From contig CAZMXX010000001.1 of NCBI GenBank assembly GCA_964570315.1, positions 3,649 through 67,648 on the forward strand: a DNA stretch of 64,000 nt. The letters run 5' to 3'. The first letter of the stretch is position 1. The number at the start of each line of letters is the position of its first letter. Position numbers and translations under genes: made by a program. Positions 8,326 to 18,039 of this stretch are shown one piece after another. Under the pieces are notes generated by a model. That model was given only the letters and a program-made list of their open reading frames with translations. It made no database searches and had not been told where the DNA came from. Source of the stretch: an uncultured Anaerolineaceae bacterium (lineage in GTDB: Bacteria; Chloroflexota; Anaerolineae; 4572-78).

Positions 8326-9954
8326 ATGAATCGTTCAGGAAAATGGTTTCTATTGTTTTTGGGGTGGGCGCTGGTTTTGACCTTCCCGCTCATCCGAAAT
8401 TTTAATTCGGCAATTCCGTTGGGCAGCGAACATAGCGGCACAGTCCCGTTTTTCAACCTCTGGACGCTGCAATGGAATATCGAGCAAGCCTTGCGCGGGT
8501 TTCCGAATTACTGGAATCCGCCCTTTTTCGCGCCGTCGGTGGGAGTGTTCGCCTATTCGGAACTTGAGCCGGTGACGGCATTTCTGGCGCTCCCACTGTG
8601 GAAAGCCGTCAGTCCGGCGGCGGGATATAATAGCGTGGTCATTCTGTTTTTAACGCTAAACGGATGGTTCGCCTTCTGTCTGCTCAAACTATGGCGAATC
8701 CCGTCGCTCGCCGCCGGTGGCGCCGCCCTGCTGATGCAATCGCTGCCGTTTGTGGCGCAGGAAATGGGCGTTTTGCAATTGACAGCAATTTTCGGGTTTC
8801 TGTGGTTGCTGGTTTTTCTGCAACGGTTTTTGAAACAGCCGACCCCGGTAAACGGCATCGGGCTGGCGCTTGGTGTGCCGCTGATATTCTTCACATGCAG
8901 TTATTATGGATTGTTCAGCGTGGTATTTTTACCGCTGGCGTTTCTGGGGATGCGGTCTCCGGCGCAAAAATCGAAAGCGTTGTTGATTCGATTGGGGCTG
9001 GCATTGCTGATGGGCACACTGCTCACCCTGCCCCCGTTGCTGGTACAGCGCAAAATTCTGGCTGAACACAATTTCACGCGCTCGGAAAAAACCATCCGCG
9101 AAAATTCGGCGCACCCGGAAGATTATCTCAAAACGCTGGATTACAATATCGTCACCAAAAAAATAAACCCGCGTCCATCGCCGCGCGGGCAACGACTCTT
9201 TCCCGGCTGGGGATTGCTGGCGCTCGCCGCGCTCGGCTTTGCAGTTCCGTCGAAACACGTCCGCTGGCGGCTAAAATTGTTTTTACTCGCCGCGATTTTG
9301 CTCTCGTATATTCTCTCGCTGGGGTTGAACCTCACCGTGGGAGACTGGCAGCCCTATCAATCGTTCCGGCAAATTGTGCCCGGCTTCAAAACCTTGCGCA
9401 GTCCGTTCCGATTCGCCGTGATGGGGCAAATTCATCTGGCGTTGCTGAGCGGGTTGGGGCTGGCGGCAATCATGCGTCTGCCGCGCAAATCAACCGCGAT
9501 TGCCGGCATCATCACCGTGCTGGCAGTGTTTGAAGCGCTGGCGTTGCCGCTCCCCCTGCACCCCGTACCGCCATTTGAAGGAACGCAACCCTGGCAACAA
9601 TGGATCCAACAGCACACCGAGAATCCCCGCATCGTGCTGCTCCCCTTTGCCGCCAACGGCAAAACCGCCGCCTTCGAGCAAACCACCATCTGGATGCTGG
9701 AAAATTCATCCCTACCGGCAACCATGCTGAACGGATATTCCGGGTTTTTTCCCCGGGCGCAAAGTTTTCTGCGCACAGAACTGACAACCTTCCCCTCGGC
9801 AGAAAGTATCTTTTTGCTGGGAAAATATCAGACCGATTACGTGATTGTTTTCCACGCCCTGAAAAATGCCCCCACACGCGACACAATAACTACATATTTA
9901 TCGCCGGTATATTTTGACGCCGAAAATCAAGTATCCATTTTTGCGCTGAATTGA
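8326..9954 (+). CDS. Polytopic integral membrane protein of unknown function (possibly GT-C-fold glycosyltransferase/YfhO-like)
   Basis: 542-aa ORF with many hydrophobic segments over the first about 400 aa and a soluble C-terminal domain. No motif I can name with confidence. Confidence 0.65.
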   Translation: MNRSGKWFLLFLGWALVLTFPLIRNFNSAIPLGSEHSGTVPFFNLWTLQWNIEQALRGFPNYWNPPFFAPSVGVFAYSELEPVTAFLALPLWKAVSPAAGYNSVVILFLTLNGWFAFCLLKLWRIPSLAAGGAALLMQSLPFVAQEMGVLQLTAIFGFLWLLVFLQRFLKQPTPVNGIGLALGVPLIFFTCSYYGLFSVVFLPLAFLGMRSPAQKSKALLIRLGLALLMGTLLTLPPLLVQRKILAEHNFTRSEKTIRENSAHPEDYLKTLDYNIVTKKINPRPSPRGQRLFPGWGLLALAALGFAVPSKHVRWRLKLFLLAAILLSYILSLGLNLTVGDWQPYQSFRQIVPGFKTLRSPFRFAVMGQIHLALLSGLGLAAIMRLPRKSTAIAGIITVLAVFEALALPLPLHPVPPFEGTQPWQQWIQQHTENPRIVLLPFAANGKTAAFEQTTIWMLENSSLPATMLNGYSGFFPRAQSFLRTELTTFPSAESIFLLGKYQTDYVIVFHALKNAPTRDTITTYLSPVYFDAENQVSIFALN

Positions 9955-9961
9955 TGCTGTT

Positions 9962-9992
9962 GGCAGTTGCGTCACTGCCGTGCATCTTTTTT
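9962..9992 (+). terminator. Terminator-like hairpin plus T-tract; a second hairpin follows at 9999-10020
   Basis: ggcagt-tgcgtc-actgcc followed by gtgcatctttttt. Then aaccgggcaa-tatt-gcctggtt followed by ttaatt. Confidence 0.5.
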
Positions 9993-10096
9993 CACAAGAA
10001 CCGGGCAATATTGCCTGGTTTTAATTGCGTCACATGGCGCTGATACCCATCCATGTAATCCGTTATACTCTTTTTAGTATGACGGAGTGGCGGATA

Positions 10097-10465
10097 ATGG
10101 GTGAATACACCATCGAACTGGCGCAGCCCAGCAACACAATCGAATCAATATTGGTGAATCAACTGCAAACCGCAGGCATCAACGTGACCGTCAGTTTTGA
10201 TTTGCAATCCGCGCGCACCAACCATCCGCAATGTGCATGTCCGTATCATGGCACGGATGATTGTACCTGCCAGTATGAGGTTTTGCTGGTGAGCGACCAG
10301 AGAAATTTTCCGGGTGAAACCTTCACAATCACCCTGCACGGGCGAGACGAACACACTTGGATGAGTCTGGTGTCGCCGCAATCTGCGCACACACCGATGG
10401 CAGAACGTATGAGCCGCAAACTCCGCCGATTATTGGTCAAAGCTTTGTCAAAAGAAACATTATAA
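10097..10465 (+). CDS. Hypothetical small Cys/His-motif protein
   Basis: ATG at 10097 preceded by GGAG at 10084-10087; the ORF track begins at an upstream TTG at 10025. Contains CACPYHGTDDCTC. No family recognised. Confidence 0.5.
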   Translation: MGEYTIELAQPSNTIESILVNQLQTAGINVTVSFDLQSARTNHPQCACPYHGTDDCTCQYEVLLVSDQRNFPGETFTITLHGRDEHTWMSLVSPQSAHTPMAERMSRKLRRLLVKALSKETL

Positions 10466-10485
10466 TTATTTCAGGAGGCTGAAAA

Positions 10486-10677
10486 ATGATTAAAGATCCT
10501 GTATGTGGTATGGAAGTAAAACCGAGCGAAGCCGCCGGCACAGTGGAATATAACGGCGAAACGTATTATTTCTGTGCTCCCGGATGCAAAAAAGCGTTTG
10601 AAAAAGACCCGGAACAATTTTTATCATCTTCTGATGACAGCCATGATGCCCACGAACATGGTCATCATCACCATTAA
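10486..10677 (+). CDS. YHS/TRASH-domain metal-binding protein with a His-rich C-terminus
   Basis: DPVCGMEV...[19 protein letters not shown] is a textbook YHS domain. The tail is [20 protein letters not shown]. Confidence 0.88.
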   Translation: MIKDPVCGMEVKPSEAAGTVEYNGETYYFCAPGCKKAFEKDPEQFLSSSDDSHDAHEHGHHHH

Positions 10678-10780
10678 TTAGCCAACCATCCTTCCTCTCT
10701 TTGTGTGGGCGGGGAGTTTACCCTCCTCGCCCATACACAACCCTATTTCACCTCTTTTAATTTAAAGGAGATTTAAGCAT

Positions 10781-11353
10781 ATGACAGTATTGTCAGACCT
10801 CAACGATGAGTTACAAACGCCACAACAAGAGCCCCCTGCGAAAAAATCGTTGGGGCGATGGGTGACCGTTATCTTGTTGCTTGCGCTTTTGGCGTTGCTG
10901 GCATGGGGACTGCGTGCCAAAGCGGGCGGACCGCTATCGGAAGGTCCCGCTCCGGATTTCACCCTGAATACATTCACCGGCGAAACAATCACCTTGAGCG
11001 AGTTGCGCGGGCAGGTCGTTATCATCAATTTTTGGGCGAGCTGGTGTCCGCCGTGCCGGGATGAAGCGCCATATTTGGAACAAACATGGCGAAAATATAA
11101 AGATAAGGGTGTGGTATTCATCGGGGTTGATTATGTGGACGCGGAACCCAATGCGCTGGCATACATCGAAGAATTCGATATTACCTACCCCAACGGACCC
11201 GACATCGGCGAAAAAATAGCCGATGCTTTCCGCATTAAAGGTGTGCCGGAAACTTTCTACATCGACAAAACAGGGCAGGTACGCGGTGTCCATATCGGTC
11301 CACTGGTTCCCCCAATTCTTGATAACGAAATTGACGCCCTGTTGGCGGAATAA
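10781..11353 (+). CDS. TlpA/ResA/CcmG-like membrane-anchored thiol:disulfide oxidoreductase
   Basis: N-terminal TM and thioredoxin fold with the WASWCPPC active site. AAGGAG RBS. Located next to ccmF. Confidence 0.9.
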   Translation: MTVLSDLNDELQTPQQEPPAKKSLGRWVTVILLLALLALLAWGLRAKAGGPLSEGPAPDFTLNTFTGETITLSELRGQVVIINFWASWCPPCRDEAPYLEQTWRKYKDKGVVFIGVDYVDAEPNALAYIEEFDITYPNGPDIGEKIADAFRIKGVPETFYIDKTGQVRGVHIGPLVPPILDNEIDALLAE

Positions 11354-11369
11354 ATAGAGGATAATTACC

Positions 11370-13439
11370 ATGATTAATGATTTAGGTTTCTTCACGCTGG
11401 TTTTTGCCACGCTAGCAACCATTTTCGCGATATTCGCCGCTCTAAAAGCCCGAAAAACCTTCGATGTCACATGGCTGTCCGGTTCGCGGCGGGCGGTTAT
11501 CATCACTTTTGTGCTCCTGACGGTTTCCTCTGCGGTAACAATTTACAACCTTGTTTCCGGAAACTATCAGGTTCGCTACGCCTATGAAACATCCGCCAAA
11601 GCAATGCCGCTGTTGCTGAAAGTGACCGCGTTTTGGGGCGGGCAGCAAGGTTCCATTTTGTTCTGGACGTGGCTGATGGCGGGATTTGTGGCGATATTGA
11701 TGTTCCGCAAATGGCACGAAGACCGAGAATTGATGCCGTGGGTCATTGTGGTTTCAATGGGAACGGTATTGTTTTTCCTGCTGGTGGCATTATTCATTTC
11801 CAACCCGTTTGAACGAATGTGGTTCCTGGGGGAAGAATTGGTCTACGCCGTATGGCAACCCGCCGGAACAATGCCCGCCATTCCCCGCAATGGCGAAGGG
11901 TTGAACCCCCTGCTTCGCCACCCCGGGATGATTGGACATCCACCGACACTGTATCTGGGTTTTGTGGGTTTCGTCATCCCCTACGCCTACGCAATTGCCG
12001 CGCTCATCACCGGCAAAGCCGGCGACGATGTGTGGATCCGCACCACTCGCCGCTGGACGCTGGTCGCCTGGGTTTTCCTGTCGATGGGTTTGGTGCTCGG
12101 CGGACGCTGGGCATATGACGTCCTCGGCTGGGGCGGTTTCTGGGGATGGGACCCCGTTGAAAATGCCAGCTTCATGCCCTGGCTCACCGGCACTGCATTT
12201 TTGCACTCGGTGATGATTCAGGAAAAACGGGGGATGTTGAAAGTCTGGAACATCATCCTCATTATTTTAACGTATAGTTTGGTACTCTTCGGCACATTCA
12301 TCACCCGCAGCGGGGTAATTTCATCGGTTCACTCTTTCGGGAACACGCTCATCGGTCCCGCATTCTTCGCTTTCATCGGCGTGACGCTGTTTGCATCGCT
12401 GTACGTGTTGTTCAAACGGCTCGACACCCTGAAAAGTGACCACGAAATGGATTCACTCCTGTCCAGAGAGGCGATTTTCCTGCTGCAAAACCTTCTTTTC
12501 ATCGCCATCACATTTGCCACATTCTGGGGCACGGTTTTCCCGATGATTTCCGAATTGTTCACCGGCACAAAAATCACGGTGGGACCGCCGTATTACAACA
12601 AAGTCAACGGACCTCTCTTCGGGATTTTGGTGCTGACGATGGGGATTGCCCCGTTATTCGCATGGCGAAAGCAATCGGCGAAACGGCTGGGAAAATCGTT
12701 GTGGATTCCGTTTGCCGTTGCCGTCGGTATCGCGGCGGTGCTGTTTGTCGCCGGTATGCACAGTGTCGGGGCGTTGATTGGCTTCTGGCTGGTCTCTTTT
12801 GTCGGGTTTGCCATCCTCTTTGAATTCGGTAAAGGGGCAAAAGCCCGCATGAAACACGGTGAATCGCTGATTGTGGCGCTGGGGCATCTGATTGCCCGCA
12901 ACCGCCGCCGTTATGGCGGGTATATCATCCATTTGGGAGTGGTGATGATTGCGCTGGGCGCAATCGGTACACATTATTTCCAACAGGAAACGCAGGGGAT
13001 GCTTCGCCCCGGTGAAAGTCTGACCGTCGGAGAATATACGCTGACGTTTGAATCTTTGCGGCAGTACAGCCTTGAAGGCGGCGACCGTCAGGTGACGGAA
13101 GCGACCACCAGTTTGTACAAAAACGGCGAGTTTATCCGCACCATGAAACCACGCAAAGACTTCTTTGTGAGCAGCGGGCAACCAATGAGCCTCGCCTCAG
13201 TGTATAGTTTGCCCGGTGAAGATGTGTATGTCTTGCTGGTAGCATGGGAAGAAGTCGGGTTGACCGGTTCAACATTCAAGATATATCTGAACCCGTTGAT
13301 AAACTGGGTCTGGCTCGGCGGGATAACCTTTATTTTTGGAACGCTGGTGGCGGCGTGGCCCAACCGAAAACCGGTGGCAAGTTGGACGGACGCGCGGCGG
13401 GCAGTACGCACCCCGGCAATAGGAGCAACGGTAAAATGA
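11370..13439 (+). CDS. ccmF: Cytochrome c-type biogenesis protein CcmF (heme lyase)
   Basis: 689-aa polytopic protein with the WWD motif WGGFWGWDPVENASFMPWL. Confidence 0.92.
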   Translation: MINDLGFFTLVFATLATIFAIFAALKARKTFDVTWLSGSRRAVIITFVLLTVSSAVTIYNLVSGNYQVRYAYETSAKAMPLLLKVTAFWGGQQGSILFWTWLMAGFVAILMFRKWHEDRELMPWVIVVSMGTVLFFLLVALFISNPFERMWFLGEELVYAVWQPAGTMPAIPRNGEGLNPLLRHPGMIGHPPTLYLGFVGFVIPYAYAIAALITGKAGDDVWIRTTRRWTLVAWVFLSMGLVLGGRWAYDVLGWGGFWGWDPVENASFMPWLTGTAFLHSVMIQEKRGMLKVWNIILIILTYSLVLFGTFITRSGVISSVHSFGNTLIGPAFFAFIGVTLFASLYVLFKRLDTLKSDHEMDSLLSREAIFLLQNLLFIAITFATFWGTVFPMISELFTGTKITVGPPYYNKVNGPLFGILVLTMGIAPLFAWRKQSAKRLGKSLWIPFAVAVGIAAVLFVAGMHSVGALIGFWLVSFVGFAILFEFGKGAKARMKHGESLIVALGHLIARNRRRYGGYIIHLGVVMIALGAIGTHYFQQETQGMLRPGESLTVGEYTLTFESLRQYSLEGGDRQVTEATTSLYKNGEFIRTMKPRKDFFVSSGQPMSLASVYSLPGEDVYVLLVAWEEVGLTGSTFKIYLNPLINWVWLGGITFIFGTLVAAWPNRKPVASWTDARRAVRTPAIGATVK

Positions 13440-13954
13440 AACGATGGATAATCATCACCCTGACGTTGGTATTGTTTTTCGCGGTGGCAAGCATCTTTGT
13501 GGAAGCGCAAGCGCCGAATACCGGCGGCTCGGATGCGCCTGCCCGCGTCATCACGGACGATGAAGTCAATGCAATCGCCAAACAACTCTACTGTCCCGTC
13601 TGCGAAAACACTCCGCTGGATGTGTGCCCCACCCAAGCCTGCAAAGACTGGCGCGAATTAATTCGGCAGCAATTGAGCGACGGCTGGACAGAGCAGCAAA
13701 TCAAAGATTATTTTGTGGCAAGCTTCGGACCGCGGGTGTTGGCAAATCCACCAAATAGAGGATTCACATCGCTGGTGTGGCTGCTACCCATTGCGGCACT
13801 GCTGGCAGGGGGCGCATTCGTCTGGCGGCTTCTGCGGCAGTGGCAGATACAGCACCGCACCAACGCCGATACCGTTGAGCCGATAGATGAAGCTCCGGAT
13901 ATTCCACCTTCGTTATTGGAACAAATAGAAAAAGACGTTGAAGCCAAGTTTTAA
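13436..13954 (+). CDS. ccmH: Cytochrome c-type biogenesis protein CcmH
   Basis: ATGA overlap with the ccmF stop. Signal/TM segment, LYCPVCENTPLDVC (CcmH CxxC motif), C-terminal TM. The upstream part of ORF 13244-13954 overlaps ccmF and is discounted. Confidence 0.85.
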   Translation: MKRWIIITLTLVLFFAVASIFVEAQAPNTGGSDAPARVITDDEVNAIAKQLYCPVCENTPLDVCPTQACKDWRELIRQQLSDGWTEQQIKDYFVASFGPRVLANPPNRGFTSLVWLLPIAALLAGGAFVWRLLRQWQIQHRTNADTVEPIDEAPDIPPSLLEQIEKDVEAKF

Positions 13955-13972
13955 AAAAGGACAATCACTATT

Positions 13973-14503
13973 ATGGACAGCGCATCGTTTTTAATCAGTA
14001 TGGCAATTCTGGCGGGGGTGATGGGATATATTGTGTGGCCCTGGTTCAAAGCCAGAGAACTGGCGGCGCAAGGTTTGGCGCCGGAAGAACCCGCATTTCT
14101 CGCCGGTGAGGTTGACCTGAATACAAAAAGAGAGAAGCTGGTTGCAGCCCTGCGTGACCTTGAATTTGATTACGTGGTAGAAAAAGTTACCCCCGCCGAC
14201 TATGAATCATTGCGCAATCACTTGCTTTCACAGGTGGCGGAAGTTATGACCCAGCAGGAAGCCAGCACAGACGCCGCAATTGACGCGCTGTTGAATCGGG
14301 CGCGAGCGAAAACGTCTGCAACTGCCACCGAAATATGCACGCACTGCGGCGAGAGCGTCCGCGCCGGCGCGCGCTTCTGCGTCTACTGCGGCGAGAAACT
14401 CTCCCAGCAACATTGCCCGGATTGCGGCAGTCCGGCTAATGCGGACGACCAATTTTGCAGCATTTGCGGGTTCAATTTAGAAACACTCACTATGGTAAAT
14501 TAG
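13973..14503 (+). CDS. Membrane-anchored double zinc-ribbon protein (function unknown; sits in the ccm cluster)
   Basis: N-terminal TM (ISMAILAGVMGYIVWPWF). C-terminal CTHCG...FCVYCG...CPDCG...FCSICG. Confidence 0.7.
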   Translation: MDSASFLISMAILAGVMGYIVWPWFKARELAAQGLAPEEPAFLAGEVDLNTKREKLVAALRDLEFDYVVEKVTPADYESLRNHLLSQVAEVMTQQEASTDAAIDALLNRARAKTSATATEICTHCGESVRAGARFCVYCGEKLSQQHCPDCGSPANADDQFCSICGFNLETLTMVN

Positions 14504-14518
14504 CACAGGACAACCCCC

Positions 14519-15241
14519 ATGCCATCCATTACCTATCCGCTGGCGCTTGCCGCGGGCATCCTATCCTTTATTTCACCCTGCGTTTTACCGCTTGTACCCG
14601 TGTATTTGGGATACCTATCGGGCGGCAGCATCACCGGCGCTGCCGCTATTCCCCGCCGCATTGTATTCAAACACGCCCTCTATTTTGTGGGCGGGTTCTC
14701 AGCCATCTTCATCATCCTGTTCGGACTGCCGGCTACCATACTGGGCAGCGCGCTGCAAGATTACAGCAGTTGGATAGCCAAAATCGGCGGGGTGGTGGTC
14801 ATTATCTTCGGCTTGCATGTTTGGGGGGTCATCACCATTCCGTGGTTGAACATGACCCGCCAAATCGAGCTGGGCACCGGATTGCAACCGGGCTTCATGC
14901 GTTCCACCCTGTTCGGCGTGACCTTCGCCGCCGGTTGGACACCGTGCATCGGACCGTTGCTCGGTGCAGTGATGACTATGGCGTTCACCGACCCTTCCCG
15001 CGCGGTCAGCTTTGTTGCCGTCTACGCTCTGGGGCTGGCAATCCCGTTCCTGCTCTCCGCGTTGATGCTCACCCGCGCCAGCAACGCCCTGCGCCGCCTC
15101 AACCGCTATATGCGGGTGGTGGAATACGCCAGCGGCGCACTGATGATCACCGTCGGCATCCTGCTCATCACCGGAATGTTCACCATTATGAACAGCTATT
15201 TCATCCAAATAACCCCGCCGTGGCTGCTGCGCTATCTTTAA
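14519..15241 (+). CDS. ccdA: CcdA/DsbD-family cytochrome c biogenesis thiol-reductant transporter
   Basis: Six TM segments, with conserved Cys in ISPCVLPLVPVY and WTPCIGPLLG. Confidence 0.9.
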   Translation: MPSITYPLALAAGILSFISPCVLPLVPVYLGYLSGGSITGAAAIPRRIVFKHALYFVGGFSAIFIILFGLPATILGSALQDYSSWIAKIGGVVVIIFGLHVWGVITIPWLNMTRQIELGTGLQPGFMRSTLFGVTFAAGWTPCIGPLLGAVMTMAFTDPSRAVSFVAVYALGLAIPFLLSALMLTRASNALRRLNRYMRVVEYASGALMITVGILLITGMFTIMNSYFIQITPPWLLRYL

Positions 15242-15261
15242 AATAAAGGATGTTTCAAGTT

Positions 15262-16032
15262 ATGCTGAACACGCACTCCCAAACCGACACCCCGCTCTTG
15301 GCGGTCACGCTCAATATTGACGGGATGACCTGCAACCACTGTGTCGCCGCCATTCAATCCGGCGTGAGACAGCTTGCGGGCGTGAAATCCGTACAGGTGA
15401 GTTTACGAAAACGCACCGCTCGCATCACCTTCAACCCGGAAAAAACGTCCGTGCCCGCGCTGAAAGCGGCGGTCATTGAGGCGGGATACTTCATCGCCGG
15501 AGAAGATACGCCAACCGCCGTCCTGCCATCCGCCTCAAAAAGTCTTTTCCGGTATTGGCAATTTCGGGTGATTTTTTTCGGCTTGCTCGGCACATTCGGG
15601 CTGATGGCGATCTATCTCGGCTTGGTCAGTTGGGCGGAGGGTTGGGCGCACGCCGTTGAATTAATGCTGGAAGACGCCTGGATTGTGGGACCCATTTTAG
15701 CCGGGTTCGGCATCCAAGTGGGACTGTACACCTATTTAAAAACCGTGGTGCACGCCGCCGGACACGGAACCGGCGCGATGGCGGGCGCGGGCGGCGGCAC
15801 ATCCACCGTGGCGATGGTCGCCTGCTGCGCCCACCACGTCACCGATGTGTTGCCGCTGCTGGGGCTTTCTGCGGCGGCAACATTTTTAGCCGATTACCGC
15901 ATCCCGTTCATGGTCGTGGGGTTGGTCACCAACCTCATCGGCATTGGCGTCATGATTTATGTGATTTTCAAAGAACGCAATCGAATGCGGCAGTTGATGG
16001 TCGCCGTTCCCGCAGAAATGAACACCCATTAA
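15262..16032 (+). CDS. HMA (heavy-metal-associated) domain fused to a multi-TM membrane domain
   Basis: GMTCNHCV metal-binding loop and ferredoxin-like HMA fold, then about 4 TM segments including VACCAHHVTDVLP. ATG 15262 is preferred over 15250 on RBS spacing. Confidence 0.8.
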   Translation: MLNTHSQTDTPLLAVTLNIDGMTCNHCVAAIQSGVRQLAGVKSVQVSLRKRTARITFNPEKTSVPALKAAVIEAGYFIAGEDTPTAVLPSASKSLFRYWQFRVIFFGLLGTFGLMAIYLGLVSWAEGWAHAVELMLEDAWIVGPILAGFGIQVGLYTYLKTVVHAAGHGTGAMAGAGGGTSTVAMVACCAHHVTDVLPLLGLSAAATFLADYRIPFMVVGLVTNLIGIGVMIYVIFKERNRMRQLMVAVPAEMNTH

Positions 16033-16101
16033 TGCCGCAACACTTTGGGGCATCGCCGCCATCCGATGCCCCGACAAAAAAATTATCGCGAGGAATTCAT
16101 A

Positions 16102-16581
16102 ATGAAACGTTGGATTTTAACCCTGTTGGTGGTCAGCATCGGGCTGATAGCAACGGCATGCGGCAACAGCGCCGCCCCCGCCGAAGCCTCAAAACCGGCT
16201 CAGCAACCCGCGCCCGTCTCCGCACCGGCACAAGCAAGCGCACCGGCTGCCGCCGAGTTTGCGCCGCAAACAAACGATGAAAATTCGGTGACCGTGGAAG
16301 TAACACCGCTGAACATCACCGACACCGGCATGGACGTGAAACTCGCTTTCAACACCCACTCCGTGCCGCTGGATTTTGACCCCACCCAAATCATCGTCCT
16401 GCGTGATGCCAACGGCACGGACATCCATCCCGTCAGTTGGGATGGCAGTGGACCCGGCGGGCATCACCGGAAAGGCACGTTGCATTTTGAGCTGGACTCA
16501 CACCCCCAGCAATTCATCGAGCTGGTGGTGCATGATGTTGCCGACATCCCGGCGCGCACATTCCGTTGGGATTTGCAATAA
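16102..16581 (+). CDS. Hypothetical lipoprotein
   Basis: MKRWILTLLVVSIGLIATACG lipobox, Ala/Pro-rich linker, about 100-aa beta-rich domain containing GGHHRKG. The upstream part of ORF 16045 is discounted. Confidence 0.65.
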   Translation: MKRWILTLLVVSIGLIATACGNSAAPAEASKPAQQPAPVSAPAQASAPAAAEFAPQTNDENSVTVEVTPLNITDTGMDVKLAFNTHSVPLDFDPTQIIVLRDANGTDIHPVSWDGSGPGGHHRKGTLHFELDSHPQQFIELVVHDVADIPARTFRWDLQ

Positions 16582-16607
16582 TTTCATTTTAAAGGGGAGA
16601 CAACTGC

Positions 16608-17615
16608 ATGGAGAATCTAACACCACTACCGGAAACGCCGGAGGAAGCACCCGTCATCGCACCGGAACCGGCGCTTCCGGCATCAAAACCCGGCAAACCG
16701 CCGACGCTGAGCCTCCGCGCAAAAGCAATTATCCTGCTGGCAACATACGCCATCGGGTTGCTGAGCGGATTTTTAGTGTGGGGCTGGAAACCGCTCACCG
16801 CGAACACGCCGGAAATCGTCGCCGTACCGACGGTTGCGCCAACCGCAACGCCGGTTCCCGTTTTGCCCACCGAATACACCCTGCCGGTATCTTTCGGCGA
16901 TTTGGGTCCCCAATTAATCGAAGCGGGCGCAATTGACTATGAAAAATTCATCCAAATATACCAGCGTTCCGGCAATCCGCTCTCGGATGAACAGCTCACC
17001 ATCCTGTCAAAGGGCAGCGATGCCCCCATCGTCTTCAACCGTCAGAACGCCTATTTCCTGCTGAACTTCTTCTGGGCATTGGGATTGACCAACGAAAACA
17101 CCTTGCTCACCGACGGTCCGATGGTGCAAAACAGCGGTGGCAACGTGGCGCGATTCGCCTCAACCGGCGGCTGGACGGTCGGCACCAAACCCGTGACCGA
17201 ACTATACGCCAGCACCCCCCTCGTCCCGCTCACCTCGGAGCAGGCGGGCATTCTGGCGACGGTCGCCTCGGCGGTGTATCGTCCATGCTGCAACAACCCC
17301 ACCGCTTTCCCGGACTGCAACCACGGGATGGCAATGCTGGGTATGCTGGAACTGCTGGCGGCAAACGGCGCCACGGAAGACGAACTTTTTGAAGCGGCAA
17401 AATATGCCAACACCTTCTGGTTCCCCCAGCAGAGCGAAGAAATCGCCACCTTTTTCCGCAATGCCAAAAACGTGACCTTCGAGCAGGCGGATGCGCGCGA
17501 TTTTGTGGGACCGTACGTGGCATCCGCCAGCGGTTTCCAAGCCGTACATCAATGGCTCATCGAAAACAACCTTCTGCCGCAAGCGCCTTCCAGCGGCAAT
17601 AGCTGTGGAGTGTAA
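16608..17615 (+). CDS. Hypothetical membrane-anchored protein with a conserved Cys cluster
   Basis: N-terminal Pro-rich region, one TM, soluble domain with YRPCCNNPTAFPDCNHGMA. No family recognised. Confidence 0.7.
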   Translation: MENLTPLPETPEEAPVIAPEPALPASKPGKPPTLSLRAKAIILLATYAIGLLSGFLVWGWKPLTANTPEIVAVPTVAPTATPVPVLPTEYTLPVSFGDLGPQLIEAGAIDYEKFIQIYQRSGNPLSDEQLTILSKGSDAPIVFNRQNAYFLLNFFWALGLTNENTLLTDGPMVQNSGGNVARFASTGGWTVGTKPVTELYASTPLVPLTSEQAGILATVASAVYRPCCNNPTAFPDCNHGMAMLGMLELLAANGATEDELFEAAKYANTFWFPQQSEEIATFFRNAKNVTFEQADARDFVGPYVASASGFQAVHQWLIENNLLPQAPSSGNSCGV

Positions 17616-17616
17616 C

Positions 17617-18039
17617 ATGAAACGAGTACGCATTTTCGGGGTATTCGGGGCTGTTTTTTTGCTGATACTTCTCTCGGCATGCACGGGCAAAGCGCCGCAA
17701 GCCGTCGCCTCGCCCACCAGTTTCGATTTTGGGGAAATTGGACCGATAGACCCCGTTTCCACCACTTTCACCATTTCAAACACCGGTACCGCCCCGCTCA
17801 TCATAGAGGGCATCACCACCTCATGCAGTTGCACCGCCGCCGAAATCAGCGAGGACACCATCGCCCCCGATGGCTCCGCGACGCTGACCGTCACATTTGA
17901 CCCGCAGGTACATGACGGCGCAACCGGACACTTTTTGCGATATGCCTATCTGCAAACCAACGACCCGGAGAACCCGGAATTAAAGGTGGAAATCACCCTT
18001 GATGTCGTTGAAAATAAATCTACACAGGAGACAAACTAA
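17617..18039 (+). CDS. DUF1573-family protein (lipoprotein-like)
   Basis: Signal peptide with LLSAC. FDFGEI...FTISNTGTAPLII...SCSCT...TNDP matches the DUF1573 pattern (F-x-FG, N-x-G, CxC). Confidence 0.75.
   Translation: MKRVRIFGVFGAVFLLILLSACTGKAPQAVASPTSFDFGEIGPIDPVSTTFTISNTGTAPLIIEGITTSCSCTAAEISEDTIAPDGSATLTVTFDPQVHDGATGHFLRYAYLQTNDPENPELKVEITLDVVENKSTQETN

Noticed and set aside
10004-10015. Perfect 12-bp palindrome GGCAATATTGCC found twice (also 24370-24381), both just after stop codons
   Set aside because: By my rough estimate, on the order of a hundred exact 12-mer repeats are expected by chance in 64 kb. Both copies are adequately explained as parts of local terminator-like hairpins. 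There is no further shared flanking sequence.
14455-15246. 263-aa + strand ORF in an alternative frame over ccdA
   Set aside because: The 14519-15241 frame gives a six-TM CcdA with the conserved Cys motifs. The alternative frame is Arg/His/Pro-rich with no features.
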